In this document: positions 18,495-26,038 of the stretch, in pieces
How positions within the stretch are numbered: the stretch's first letter is position 1
How the letters are laid out: each line of letters opens with the position of its first letter
Origin: Lysobacterales bacterium
GTDB lineage: Bacteria; Pseudomonadota; Gammaproteobacteria; Xanthomonadales; SZUA-5
Assembly: GCA_022844165.1 (NCBI GenBank)
Contig: JALHMH010000040.1
Span: 1-39,846, forward strand
DNA length: 39,846 nt
Reading direction: 5' to 3'
Notes under the pieces: generated by a model
What the model saw: the letters and a program-made list of their open reading frames with translations, nothing else
The model's database searches: none
Told to the model about the DNA's origin: nothing
Made by a program: the position numbers and the translations under genes

Positions 18495-20088
18495 TGCGCT
18501 TCATGGCCTGCAACTCCGTCAGAACCACGGGCCGTAACTGCTCGTACCGTTGACCGAGCATCTGTCGCAATTCGACATCGTCGACCCAGCCGATCCTGCG
18601 CCGATGTGCGGCATTTTGATCCGCCAATCGCTGCTCCAGGACGACAATCTTGTCGAAGTTGTCGACACGCTGCGCCGTCGCGTTCGGATGTTCGCGGCGA
18701 TAGCGCTCGATTCGTTCCCGATGTTTGGCGACCAGGAATGGCGCGGAGCTCTGTGACGGCAGTTTCAGAACATCCGCTGCCCAGCGATAGCTGAAGGCGT
18801 CGGTGCCGTCGGCGTTCATGGTGATCAGTGTGCCGCCATTGTCAAACTGGGTTCCAAGGCAAACCACGGCTGGACGAAGCCACTTCTTCCGCAAGCGCAG
18901 TAGCCAATACCGCCAGAAGCTCGGTCGGCGCGCCTCCGTGCGGTAACTGGATGCCACGGTAATGCCGTCGGCGCTGACGAAATAGCGCAACAGAGTCGGC
19001 TGGCTCAAAAGCTCGCGGAGCGAGACGGCTTCGACATCGATCAAATGGCGAAAGCCATGCGCAGTCAATGTCGCCGCAGTGCTTTGCGCGTACTCGCGCA
19101 TGAACTGGGGGAATCGTCCGGGTTCGGTTGGCTTCAATGCCAGTGGTGCGGGATAGGCCAGACGATAAAGATCGAGCGCCATCTCGCGGGCACTCACGCC
19201 GATGCCACTGGTCGGCGCGAGGCGCGCATGCAGTTCGCTTATCGTCATCGTTCTGGTCGCCGGCGGTGCGATCGGCACCGCACGGTCGGTGGTCAGCGCT
19301 GCAAACTGCGCGGCCAAACGCGCTTGTTCGCCCCGCCCGTCGTCGTCTGCATCGGCGAGCATTTCGGCAACCTTCGCGCGCATCGGATCACCCTGAGGCA
19401 ACGCCAACTCGGCAGTGCACAGTTCCTCACGGGCCGCTTCGAACTCGCCGAGTTGATGCAACACGCGCGCCAGCTCAATGCGCACCGCCGGTAAGTCGTT
19501 CAACGCCAGCGCATGGCGAAAGTCGGCCGCCGCGGCTTGGAGCGCCGTGCGCGACACCCGGTGGCCGCTGGTGAGCGCGATGATGTCATCGCCCGCCGCG
19601 ATTTGGTCTCCGAACCCAAGTGCTGCGCGAGCGGCATGAACATGCGCACGCTCGACGTATAACGGCGCGCAATCGGGATGGCGATTCAAAGCTGTGGCGA
19701 TGGCTTGTTCGGCTTCGGTCAGGCGTTCCTTGCCGATGAGCAGCCGAGCGTAGAGCACGCTCGCCTGCGCCAGCTTTGGATCGAGGGCGATCGCGCGTCG
19801 CAAGTCGTTTTCGGCGCTCGCGCCGCCGTTTTGCAACTCGGCCCGCAGCATGAAAGCGGGGGCAAAGTCATTCTTGCGGTCGATGACGGACTGGACCGCC
19901 ATCAGCGCTTCATCCAGGCGGCCAATCGCCCGCAACGCCCGTGCCCGCTGCCAATAGAGCGGCGCCTGATTCGGGTACTCTTCGATCAACGCATCAAGAA
20001 TGGCGAACGCGGCGTCGATGCGCCCGCCGCGAAGCTCGACGGCGAACTGGTCAAGTCGTTGCCGAGGCGTCGAATTCATCGACACCAC
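18478..20088 (-). CDS. TPR-repeat protein with unnamed C-terminal domain
   Basis: Several TPRs (APLYWQRARAL, DLRRAIALDP, APLYVERAHV); starts 6 nt after the oleA stop. Confidence 0.78.
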   Translation of the reverse strand: MVSMNSTPRQRLDQFAVELRGGRIDAAFAILDALIEEYPNQAPLYWQRARALRAIGRLDEALMAVQSVIDRKNDFAPAFMLRAELQNGGASAENDLRRAIALDPKLAQASVLYARLLIGKERLTEAEQAIATALNRHPDCAPLYVERAHVHAARAALGFGDQIAAGDDIIALTSGHRVSRTALQAAAADFRHALALNDLPAVRIELARVLHQLGEFEAAREELCTAELALPQGDPMRAKVAEMLADADDDGRGEQARLAAQFAALTTDRAVPIAPPATRTMTISELHARLAPTSGIGVSAREMALDLYRLAYPAPLALKPTEPGRFPQFMREYAQSTAATLTAHGFRHLIDVEAVSLRELLSQPTLLRYFVSADGITVASSYRTEARRPSFWRYWLLRLRKKWLRPAVVCLGTQFDNGGTLITMNADGTDAFSYRWAADVLKLPSQSSAPFLVAKHRERIERYRREHPNATAQRVDNFDKIVVLEQRLADQNAAHRRRIGWVDDVELRQMLGQRYEQLRPVVLTELQAMKRIVNAS

Positions 20089-20094
20089 AATGGA

Positions 20095-21111
20095 TCACCA
20101 GACCACTTCGGCCATCGAGCAATTGAGGCCTGAGCCGATGCCGAGCAGCGCAACACGCTGTCCTTTGCGGACGCGACCGGTCTCCTTGAGCTTGCTCAAA
20201 GCCGTCGGCAGCGATGCCGGCCCTATGTTGCCGAACTCAGGAAAAATCGTCAGTACCTTACGCGGATCGATGCCGAGCATCTTCACCAGCTCTTCGGTAT
20301 GCACGCGGCTCACCTGGTGAATCACGAACTCATCGATCTCGCCAACGGCCCAGCCGAACATCTGGCGTGCAACGAGGAAGGTCTTGCCGGCGAGCTTCAG
20401 GCCCTCGACCAGCAGGGTCTTGGTATCGGTGACCATACGGTCGATATTGCCCGCGCACAGGCGCGAAAACTGCGTTGCGGAGCGCGAGACGCTGCCCAGG
20501 TACCGATGCCCATCCGGACAAAGGTCGGCGTTGGCGAGTAACATCGCCACACCACCCGAGCCCAAAGTGAGCGAGGCGAATTCGTCGCGGAACTGCTCGG
20601 CGCTGATGTCCGGCGCGCTCAGGCGTTGAATGGTCTTCTCGATGATCGTGCGGCTACATTCCCCATCGACAATCAGAGCGTATTCGATATCGCCGCGTTC
20701 GATCATGTGCGCTGCGATGTCCATGCCATTCAAAAACGCAAGGCAGGCGTTGCCGACGTCGAAGTTCTGACAGGCCTCCGGCAGTCCCAGTTTGCCGGCC
20801 ACGATGCTGGCCGTGCTCGGCTCCAAGAAGTCGCGGCAAACTGAGGTGTTGACCAGAATACCGACCTTGTCGCGCGGCACGCCCGATTCGGCGAGTACTT
20901 TTTCTGCGGCTTTCGCGGCCGCATCGGACGGGGCGGTACCGGGGTCCCATTGACGGCGCGCTGCAATGCCGGCAACACCCTCGAGTAAGTCGGAGCGCAG
21001 GCCTAACCTTTCAATAGAAGGCGAAAGACGCGCCATGATATCCGCCGATGAAAGGCGGTTCGGCGCATCGACGTGCGCAATGGCGGCGATGGCAACATGA
21101 GTAAAACGCAT
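20095..21111 (-). CDS. oleA: Acyl-CoA:acyl-CoA alkyltransferase OleA (thiolase/FabH fold)
   Basis: 338 aa from ATG 21111; OleA signatures NTSVCRDFLEPSTASIV, FDVGNACLAFLNGM, ASLTLGSG, IHQVS, GNIGPAS, LGIGSGLNCSMAEVVW. Confidence 0.92.
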   Translation of the reverse strand: MRFTHVAIAAIAHVDAPNRLSSADIMARLSPSIERLGLRSDLLEGVAGIAARRQWDPGTAPSDAAAKAAEKVLAESGVPRDKVGILVNTSVCRDFLEPSTASIVAGKLGLPEACQNFDVGNACLAFLNGMDIAAHMIERGDIEYALIVDGECSRTIIEKTIQRLSAPDISAEQFRDEFASLTLGSGGVAMLLANADLCPDGHRYLGSVSRSATQFSRLCAGNIDRMVTDTKTLLVEGLKLAGKTFLVARQMFGWAVGEIDEFVIHQVSRVHTEELVKMLGIDPRKVLTIFPEFGNIGPASLPTALSKLKETGRVRKGQRVALLGIGSGLNCSMAEVVW

Positions 21112-21218
21112 GAACGGACCAGTCTCGACAACAAAGACCGCGAGCCTACGTCGATCCTGGTGGGGCGTGCAAGCGGTTCGCACACTTCAGGCGCGAACCG
21201 CTGCTGTCAGAATCCACG

Positions 21219-22241
21219 TCAATCGCGCACGCGTTCGCTGATGATCATCAATTCCGCCACCGGAAGCGTGTCCAGATCGATGCCATAACGCGCTTTGACA
21301 GCCGCGTTGTCCATGCCATCGCTGACGTTGCCTAAGGTGTCCGAGATCGACTGGCGCCGTGCCACTTTTTCACTGCTGTTCGGACCACTGCCGGTGGTCA
21401 CAAAGTTGCGCGAAGCGGTTCGATGGCCGCGCACGGGGTATGCGCGGTAGCTGGACGACTGCAGGCACTGGGTAATGGCATTGCTCAGGCTCTTCGGACA
21501 TACCTTCATGATGCCGTCGAATTGATAGGTGCCGGTCCGCACCACGTAGTAGGCGAAGTTGCTGGGGCTGTCGTTCACCACCAGGAAGTGTTCGCGTGTA
21601 CTGGCCTGGTAGAAGCCGGACGCATCGTGATTGGCAATGGCGCTCTGTGTACAACGACCGTCAAGCGAGTTGTTGGCTCGGCAACCATCGAATACATCGG
21701 GATTGGGTGAACGATCAACGCGATCGAACACGATGACGTCGCCATAGTACGGGTAGCCGACGCTGGTGTTCGCAGAAAAGTCGATTGTTGCCTGCCACTC
21801 GCCCAGCATCATTTCGGTCTTGTTATCGCCCGTGGTCCGCGTGAGGTAGTAGTCGAAGCGTTCGATGGGAATCGTCTGCCCGCCCCAGGTCATGCGACCG
21901 GTGATTTCGGTATCGAAGATGATCTCGATCGGGCCACCTGCGCCGACTTGCGTGTTGGCCGGGCGATAGGGGCAACCCAGACACTGGCCGTTGCTGAAGG
22001 TCGAGAGCGTGCCGACAAAGCGCGCATTGCCGTTCATTGTGCCTTGCGCGGTCAGCCACAGGGGCGCGCCATTTTGCGCAAAAGCAAAGCCAGCGAAAAA
22101 TAGAAAGTTATCCTGAATCTCCATCATGAAGCCGCGGCCGGGCTCATTCGGATTCCACCAGGTGCCGTTCTCGGGCGTGAATGCAGAAGCCGAACCCGCC
22201 AGAGCGATCAACGAAGCCGCAATGCCTTTGAGCCAACGCAT
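21219..22241 (-). CDS. Secreted hypothetical protein with GxWWxPxxxGxG beta-module and Cys pairs
   Basis: Start ATG 22241 gives signal peptide MRWLKGIAASLIALAGSASA; NGTWWNPNEPGRGFMMEIQ...PLWLTAQG; CLGC and further Cys residues. Confidence 0.75.
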   Translation of the reverse strand: MRWLKGIAASLIALAGSASAFTPENGTWWNPNEPGRGFMMEIQDNFLFFAGFAFAQNGAPLWLTAQGTMNGNARFVGTLSTFSNGQCLGCPYRPANTQVGAGGPIEIIFDTEITGRMTWGGQTIPIERFDYYLTRTTGDNKTEMMLGEWQATIDFSANTSVGYPYYGDVIVFDRVDRSPNPDVFDGCRANNSLDGRCTQSAIANHDASGFYQASTREHFLVVNDSPSNFAYYVVRTGTYQFDGIMKVCPKSLSNAITQCLQSSSYRAYPVRGHRTASRNFVTTGSGPNSSEKVARRQSISDTLGNVSDGMDNAAVKARYGIDLDTLPVAELMIISERVRD

Positions 22242-22521
22242 ATTTGTAGTTCCAAGTGATGGGCGGGACGCCACGAGTGATTCTGAGCGCGAGCCCTGAA
22301 TTGCTTCTGAATTCTTCTTGCGTCGTTTTCCAGGTTTAACTGCGATTGTGTGTCTCACGATCTGAGACGGGCCGGCTGGAGCCTGATGCGGTGTCTCAAA
22401 ACCAATCGGAATTTCCGCGTCTTTCGAGCCGAACGCTGCGGGCCGAAGTCCATCAGAAATTTCTTCCAGTGACTTTTGGGACACCACACCAGAGACCTGC
22501 CCACCGCGATCGGAGACCTAT

Positions 22522-22749
22522 ATGAACCTGAATGACAAATCCATCTGCATCTGGCTGCTCATCGGCGCATCGCTACCTTTGTTGCCGGGCACAGCGATTT
22601 TGGGCATCGCCGCCAGCCCGTGGTTCTGGTGGAGCCTGGCAGCGAGTTTGCACTTCACCCGTCAACGCATTCGTCGCGTGCGAAACCGCGTTGGCAAACG
22701 AGCGCTGCGCCGACGTCACCGTGCTCAAGCGCTGCGCCTCGCCGCTTGA
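22522..22749 (+). CDS. Small membrane protein with Arg-rich C-tail
   Basis: 75 aa, GGAGA RBS, hydrophobic N-half (WLLIGASLPLLPGTAILGIAASPWFWWSL) followed by a basic tail. Confidence 0.5.
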   Translation: MNLNDKSICIWLLIGASLPLLPGTAILGIAASPWFWWSLAASLHFTRQRIRRVRNRVGKRALRRRHRAQALRLAA

Positions 22750-22771
22750 TCTGCCCTGACCGGGCCATCGC

Positions 22772-22972
22772 CTCTAGCGAGGCTTCGCCTCAGACCGCCG
22801 AGCGTTGTTGGCTTCGCCAGACACCGTACTTGCCTAAACCCCCATTGAGCGCTGCGCGCTCAATCGCCCCCTTGTACTCAAGGGGGCTTCAACAGCCGAA
22901 GCCGCTTCGTAGAAAATTTGACTCATTTGTCGAGATCAGTCTCCGTCAAGGACTCTAGCGAGGCTTCGCTAG
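22772..22972. repeat. REP/MITE-like palindromic element bounded by 17-bp direct repeats
   Basis: CTCTAGCGAGGCTTCGC at 22772-22788 and 22953-22969; internal hairpins 22844-22864 (ATTGAGCGC/GCGCTCAAT), 22866-22887 (GCCCCCTTG/CAAGGGGGC) and 22897-22909. Confidence 0.6.
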
Positions 22973-24918
22973 TGACTGACCACCGCCGCAGCCCAATAAA
23001 ACGGCAGGGTCATCGCCTCTGAGTCGCTGCGTTGCCACCAGGAGCGCACGCGGGTTGCAATACTGGGTTTGCGATGCTCGGTCAGCCATTGTCGTTGTGC
23101 CTGGGCCAATGCCAGAGCGACGTCGCCGTGCTCGAGTCGGGCGCGATGAAAAGCAACCATCGTGCGCGCCGTGGCAGCGTCCGGCACTGGCCACAGGGTT
23201 GCAAGCACATGTTGCGCGCCGGCGCGGTGCCAGGCGCGCGACATACTCAGCGGCCGTTCGCTGGCAGCGCTGCCACGTTGGCTGGCGCAGCCGCTCAGCA
23301 CCACAAGCGCCCGCCGACCTGCGTAACGGGCAACCTCGTCATCGTGCAGCCAGCCATCCTCGCCGTGGCCGGGCGCCAAAGCAATCATGCTGCGTTTGTC
23401 GTCCAGCGGATGACGCAGCATGTGCGCGGCAATGTGCAGATCGGCGTTCGCCGGCAGCGCCTGCAACGCCGCCTCTTGGGCGTCAGCGCCGAGCAACAGC
23501 GTCGCCTGCGGGTACAGCGCGGCGATGTCCTGCGCCTCCCTCGCAGCGCCGCCCAAGCGGCCGCCGTTGCGCTGCAACGCGCCAGCCGCCACGCCGGGGT
23601 CGCCAACGATCCACAGCGGGTTCGAGTCAACCGCGCTCGACATCTCTTTCATCTGCACACGATCTGCGCGCAGCAGCGCCGCGTCCTCGATCAAATAGCG
23701 GCCTGAGTCCGAGTCCACAATCAGTGCCGCGAATGGCAGTGCGTGCAGCGGGCCGTCGCTTTGTATCAGCACGCGCCGCGCGCCCGGGCGCCAGCCCGGC
23801 GCCACCAGTTGCCGATAAAGTGCCGCCAGGCGCATCTCCAGTGCACCGCGATCGGCGTGTTCGCGCGCAGCAATCAGCAGCAACGTGGACTCCACGGCCT
23901 CTTGCAGATCGGTGTCCGTCAATCCGATGTCCGCAACGCGCAGTTCGCCGCGAAACGACGACAACAACAGAGTGCGGCGGTCGTGCACCACATAGGTCAA
24001 CAACAGGCTGTGCTCATCCAAATCAGGTGTTTCCTGAGGCGCGCCGCGCATGCGCTGCGCCAGGGCCAGCGCCGCCGCCAGATCGCCGCGTTCGGCAGCG
24101 CGTACGATGGCCGTGCGATAGAAGAACGCGAATTGCGCGGCCCACTGCGACTGAATGTCGCCGTCGTCGCTTTGTCGCGTGCGTTCGGTCTCCAGGCGCT
24201 CGATCGCCGTCATCCACGAGCGCTCCGCTGCCCGGCGTTGCCCTCGTGCCTCTTGCACCAGTCCCAGAAAGAAATGCGCGATCCCTTCCGCGACACTGTT
24301 GGGCGCGTGTTGTTGGCGCAACAGCAGCGTTTCTTCGGTCGCTCGTTCGGCTGCGTCTACCTCTCCGCGAACAATTTCTGCGTACGCGAGATAACTGAGC
24401 AGCTGGGCGCGCAGCAGCGGCACCTTCGAGCCAAGGAGGTCAAGTGCTGGTAGCAACTGCTCGCGTGCGCGGTCGGCGCGACCCATCGCCATATAGACGG
24501 CGGCGAGCGCGTAGGCGCGTTCGGCGTTAATCGACGCGTGTTGGGAATGCACACTGAGCAATGCAGCTTCTGCTTGCCGCAGGTCGCCTTGCTCGAATCG
24601 CGATTGCGCCAGTACGATGATGGCGCGTTCCTTCAATGGCGCAGATTCGGACAAGCTCGCGCCGTAGTCGTCGAACCACTGCAGCATGCGCTGTTCGGCC
24701 AACACATGCTGTCCGCGCCGCAGTACGATGCGTGCCGCTTCCAAATCGATCGCCGCCGGATCGGCTTTTCCGCGCAGCGATTCCAGCCTGGCCTCTGCCT
24801 CGCCAAGGCGACGTCGTTCGCTGAGTTGTTCGACTTCCTCAAGGCTCATCGCAAAGAGCGGCGCGGCGGCGATCGCCCATGCCCACAGCAAGAGTCCGAT
24901 TGGTCTGGCCATGCGCAT
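22969..24918 (-). CDS. TPR + CHAT (caspase-like) peptidase with N-terminal signal peptide
   Basis: SDGPLHALPFAAL, LGGAAREA, LHIAAH (His 23422-24), VVLSGC (Cys 23287-89), AGAQHVLATLWPVPD, PFYWAA; N-terminus MRMARPIGLLLWAWAIAAAPLFA. Confidence 0.9.
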   Translation of the reverse strand: MRMARPIGLLLWAWAIAAAPLFAMSLEEVEQLSERRRLGEAEARLESLRGKADPAAIDLEAARIVLRRGQHVLAEQRMLQWFDDYGASLSESAPLKERAIIVLAQSRFEQGDLRQAEAALLSVHSQHASINAERAYALAAVYMAMGRADRAREQLLPALDLLGSKVPLLRAQLLSYLAYAEIVRGEVDAAERATEETLLLRQQHAPNSVAEGIAHFFLGLVQEARGQRRAAERSWMTAIERLETERTRQSDDGDIQSQWAAQFAFFYRTAIVRAAERGDLAAALALAQRMRGAPQETPDLDEHSLLLTYVVHDRRTLLLSSFRGELRVADIGLTDTDLQEAVESTLLLIAAREHADRGALEMRLAALYRQLVAPGWRPGARRVLIQSDGPLHALPFAALIVDSDSGRYLIEDAALLRADRVQMKEMSSAVDSNPLWIVGDPGVAAGALQRNGGRLGGAAREAQDIAALYPQATLLLGADAQEAALQALPANADLHIAAHMLRHPLDDKRSMIALAPGHGEDGWLHDDEVARYAGRRALVVLSGCASQRGSAASERPLSMSRAWHRAGAQHVLATLWPVPDAATARTMVAFHRARLEHGDVALALAQAQRQWLTEHRKPSIATRVRSWWQRSDSEAMTLPFYWAAAVVSH

Positions 24919-24921
24919 CGT

Positions 24922-25506
24922 TCAACGCACGCGAAAATGGAAAGGGCCCAACTCGTCGGCAGCGCAGCGCACGGTCCATAAGTAGGTGCCGGCGGGCAGC
25001 GCGCCATCGAAAGCCGCGGTGCCTCCGCGTACGCCGTCGCTGCGCCAGACGCGTTCGCCCGTTGGGCGACGTACGTCGACACGGCAAATCGCGCCGGCTG
25101 GAACCATCCATCGAAACTCGTTTGGCGCGCCGCTAAGCTCGCTGCCGATCTGCGGGTGTAGCGCTCCGGCACTGCCGCGCAGCACCTCGTCGGCTGCTTG
25201 CGGTCGCATCACGGATACCACCCAACCCGCGCCAACCGCGAGCAGCAGGCTCGCGGCCACGGCCCACAGCGGAGAGATGCGTCCACGCCGGAGAATCACA
25301 GCAGCCGGCTCGCGTCCGGCCTGCAAGCCAACCTCGATTTGCGCTATCGCCGCGCAGCGCGTGCAGGTCGCCAGCGCCTGCAGCGTATCGGCGTCCCCAG
25401 CGCCGCGCATCGCGGCGGCGATGCCCTCGGCGCTGGGACAGCCTTCGCCACCGCGCGGGCAAGCCACTGCATGCTGCTGATAGGCCTTCCTCAAGGCATC
25501 ACTCAT
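24922..25506 (-). CDS. Putative anti-sigma factor (Cys-rich N-terminus, one TM, periplasmic beta domain)
   Basis: CPSAE...LATCTRC zinc-finger-like motif, TM LWAVAASLLLAVGAGWVV, then VLRG and a beta-rich C-domain; overlaps the ECF sigma stop (ATGAGTGA). Confidence 0.75.
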   Translation of the reverse strand: MSDALRKAYQQHAVACPRGGEGCPSAEGIAAAMRGAGDADTLQALATCTRCAAIAQIEVGLQAGREPAAVILRRGRISPLWAVAASLLLAVGAGWVVSVMRPQAADEVLRGSAGALHPQIGSELSGAPNEFRWMVPAGAICRVDVRRPTGERVWRSDGVRGGTAAFDGALPAGTYLWTVRCAADELGPFHFRVR

Positions 25507-25999
25507 AACTCACCCCACAACGCATCAAGCTGGCTTTGAGCTCATCTAATCCGCGATACACCAAATTGCGCACCGTCGCCTCGCTCAGGCCTTCCATGAC
25601 CGCAATTTGCGCCAAATCGAAGCCCTGCAAATGCAAGGCCACAGGGCGCTGCCGACGTTCTGGCAGTTGTGCCAACGCGCCGGCGATATGCGCGCCCAAC
25701 TCGGCAGACCGCGTTTGCGTATCGGCGTTGTCCGGAACGGAGTACCCGTCCGGCAACGGCTGCGGCGCGTGCCGTAATTTTCGAATGTGGTCCACAATCA
25801 CGCTCATCACCGCACGATGCAAATAAGACGGTGGATGGGCGATCGTATTCTCGCGTTCCAGAACACGCCACAGCTTAAGGCGCACTTCCTGCTCGATGTC
25901 ATCCGCATCCAGGCCCAGCGAGGGCGACACGCGCGAGCGCACCAGCGAGCGCAGGGGCTTGCAGAGATCTTTCAGCAGAGCATCGATGCGTCGCGTCAT
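25499..25999 (-). CDS. ECF-family RNA polymerase sigma factor
   Basis: Region 2 DADDIEQEVRLKLW...YLHRAVMSVIVDHIRK; region 4 LAQLPERRQ...QIAVMEGLSEATVRNLVYRG. Start is ATG 25999 or TTG 26035. Confidence 0.9.
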   Translation of the reverse strand: MTRRIDALLKDLCKPLRSLVRSRVSPSLGLDADDIEQEVRLKLWRVLERENTIAHPPSYLHRAVMSVIVDHIRKLRHAPQPLPDGYSVPDNADTQTRSAELGAHIAGALAQLPERRQRPVALHLQGFDLAQIAVMEGLSEATVRNLVYRGLDELKASLMRCGVSYE

Positions 26000-26038
26000 C
26001 CGAACATCAGACCATCCACAGGCAGCCGCAAGCAAGCC

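Noticed and set aside
22772-22972. Mini CRISPR array or autonomous IS
   Set aside because: Only two 17-bp repeats about 180 bp apart, no transposase ORF and no clear terminal inverted repeats.
22969-25999. Type III-E CRISPR (Craspase) locus suggested by CHAT + sigma
   Set aside because: No cas genes or repeat-spacer array in the window, and this CHAT has a signal peptide; kept only as a mechanistic analogy.
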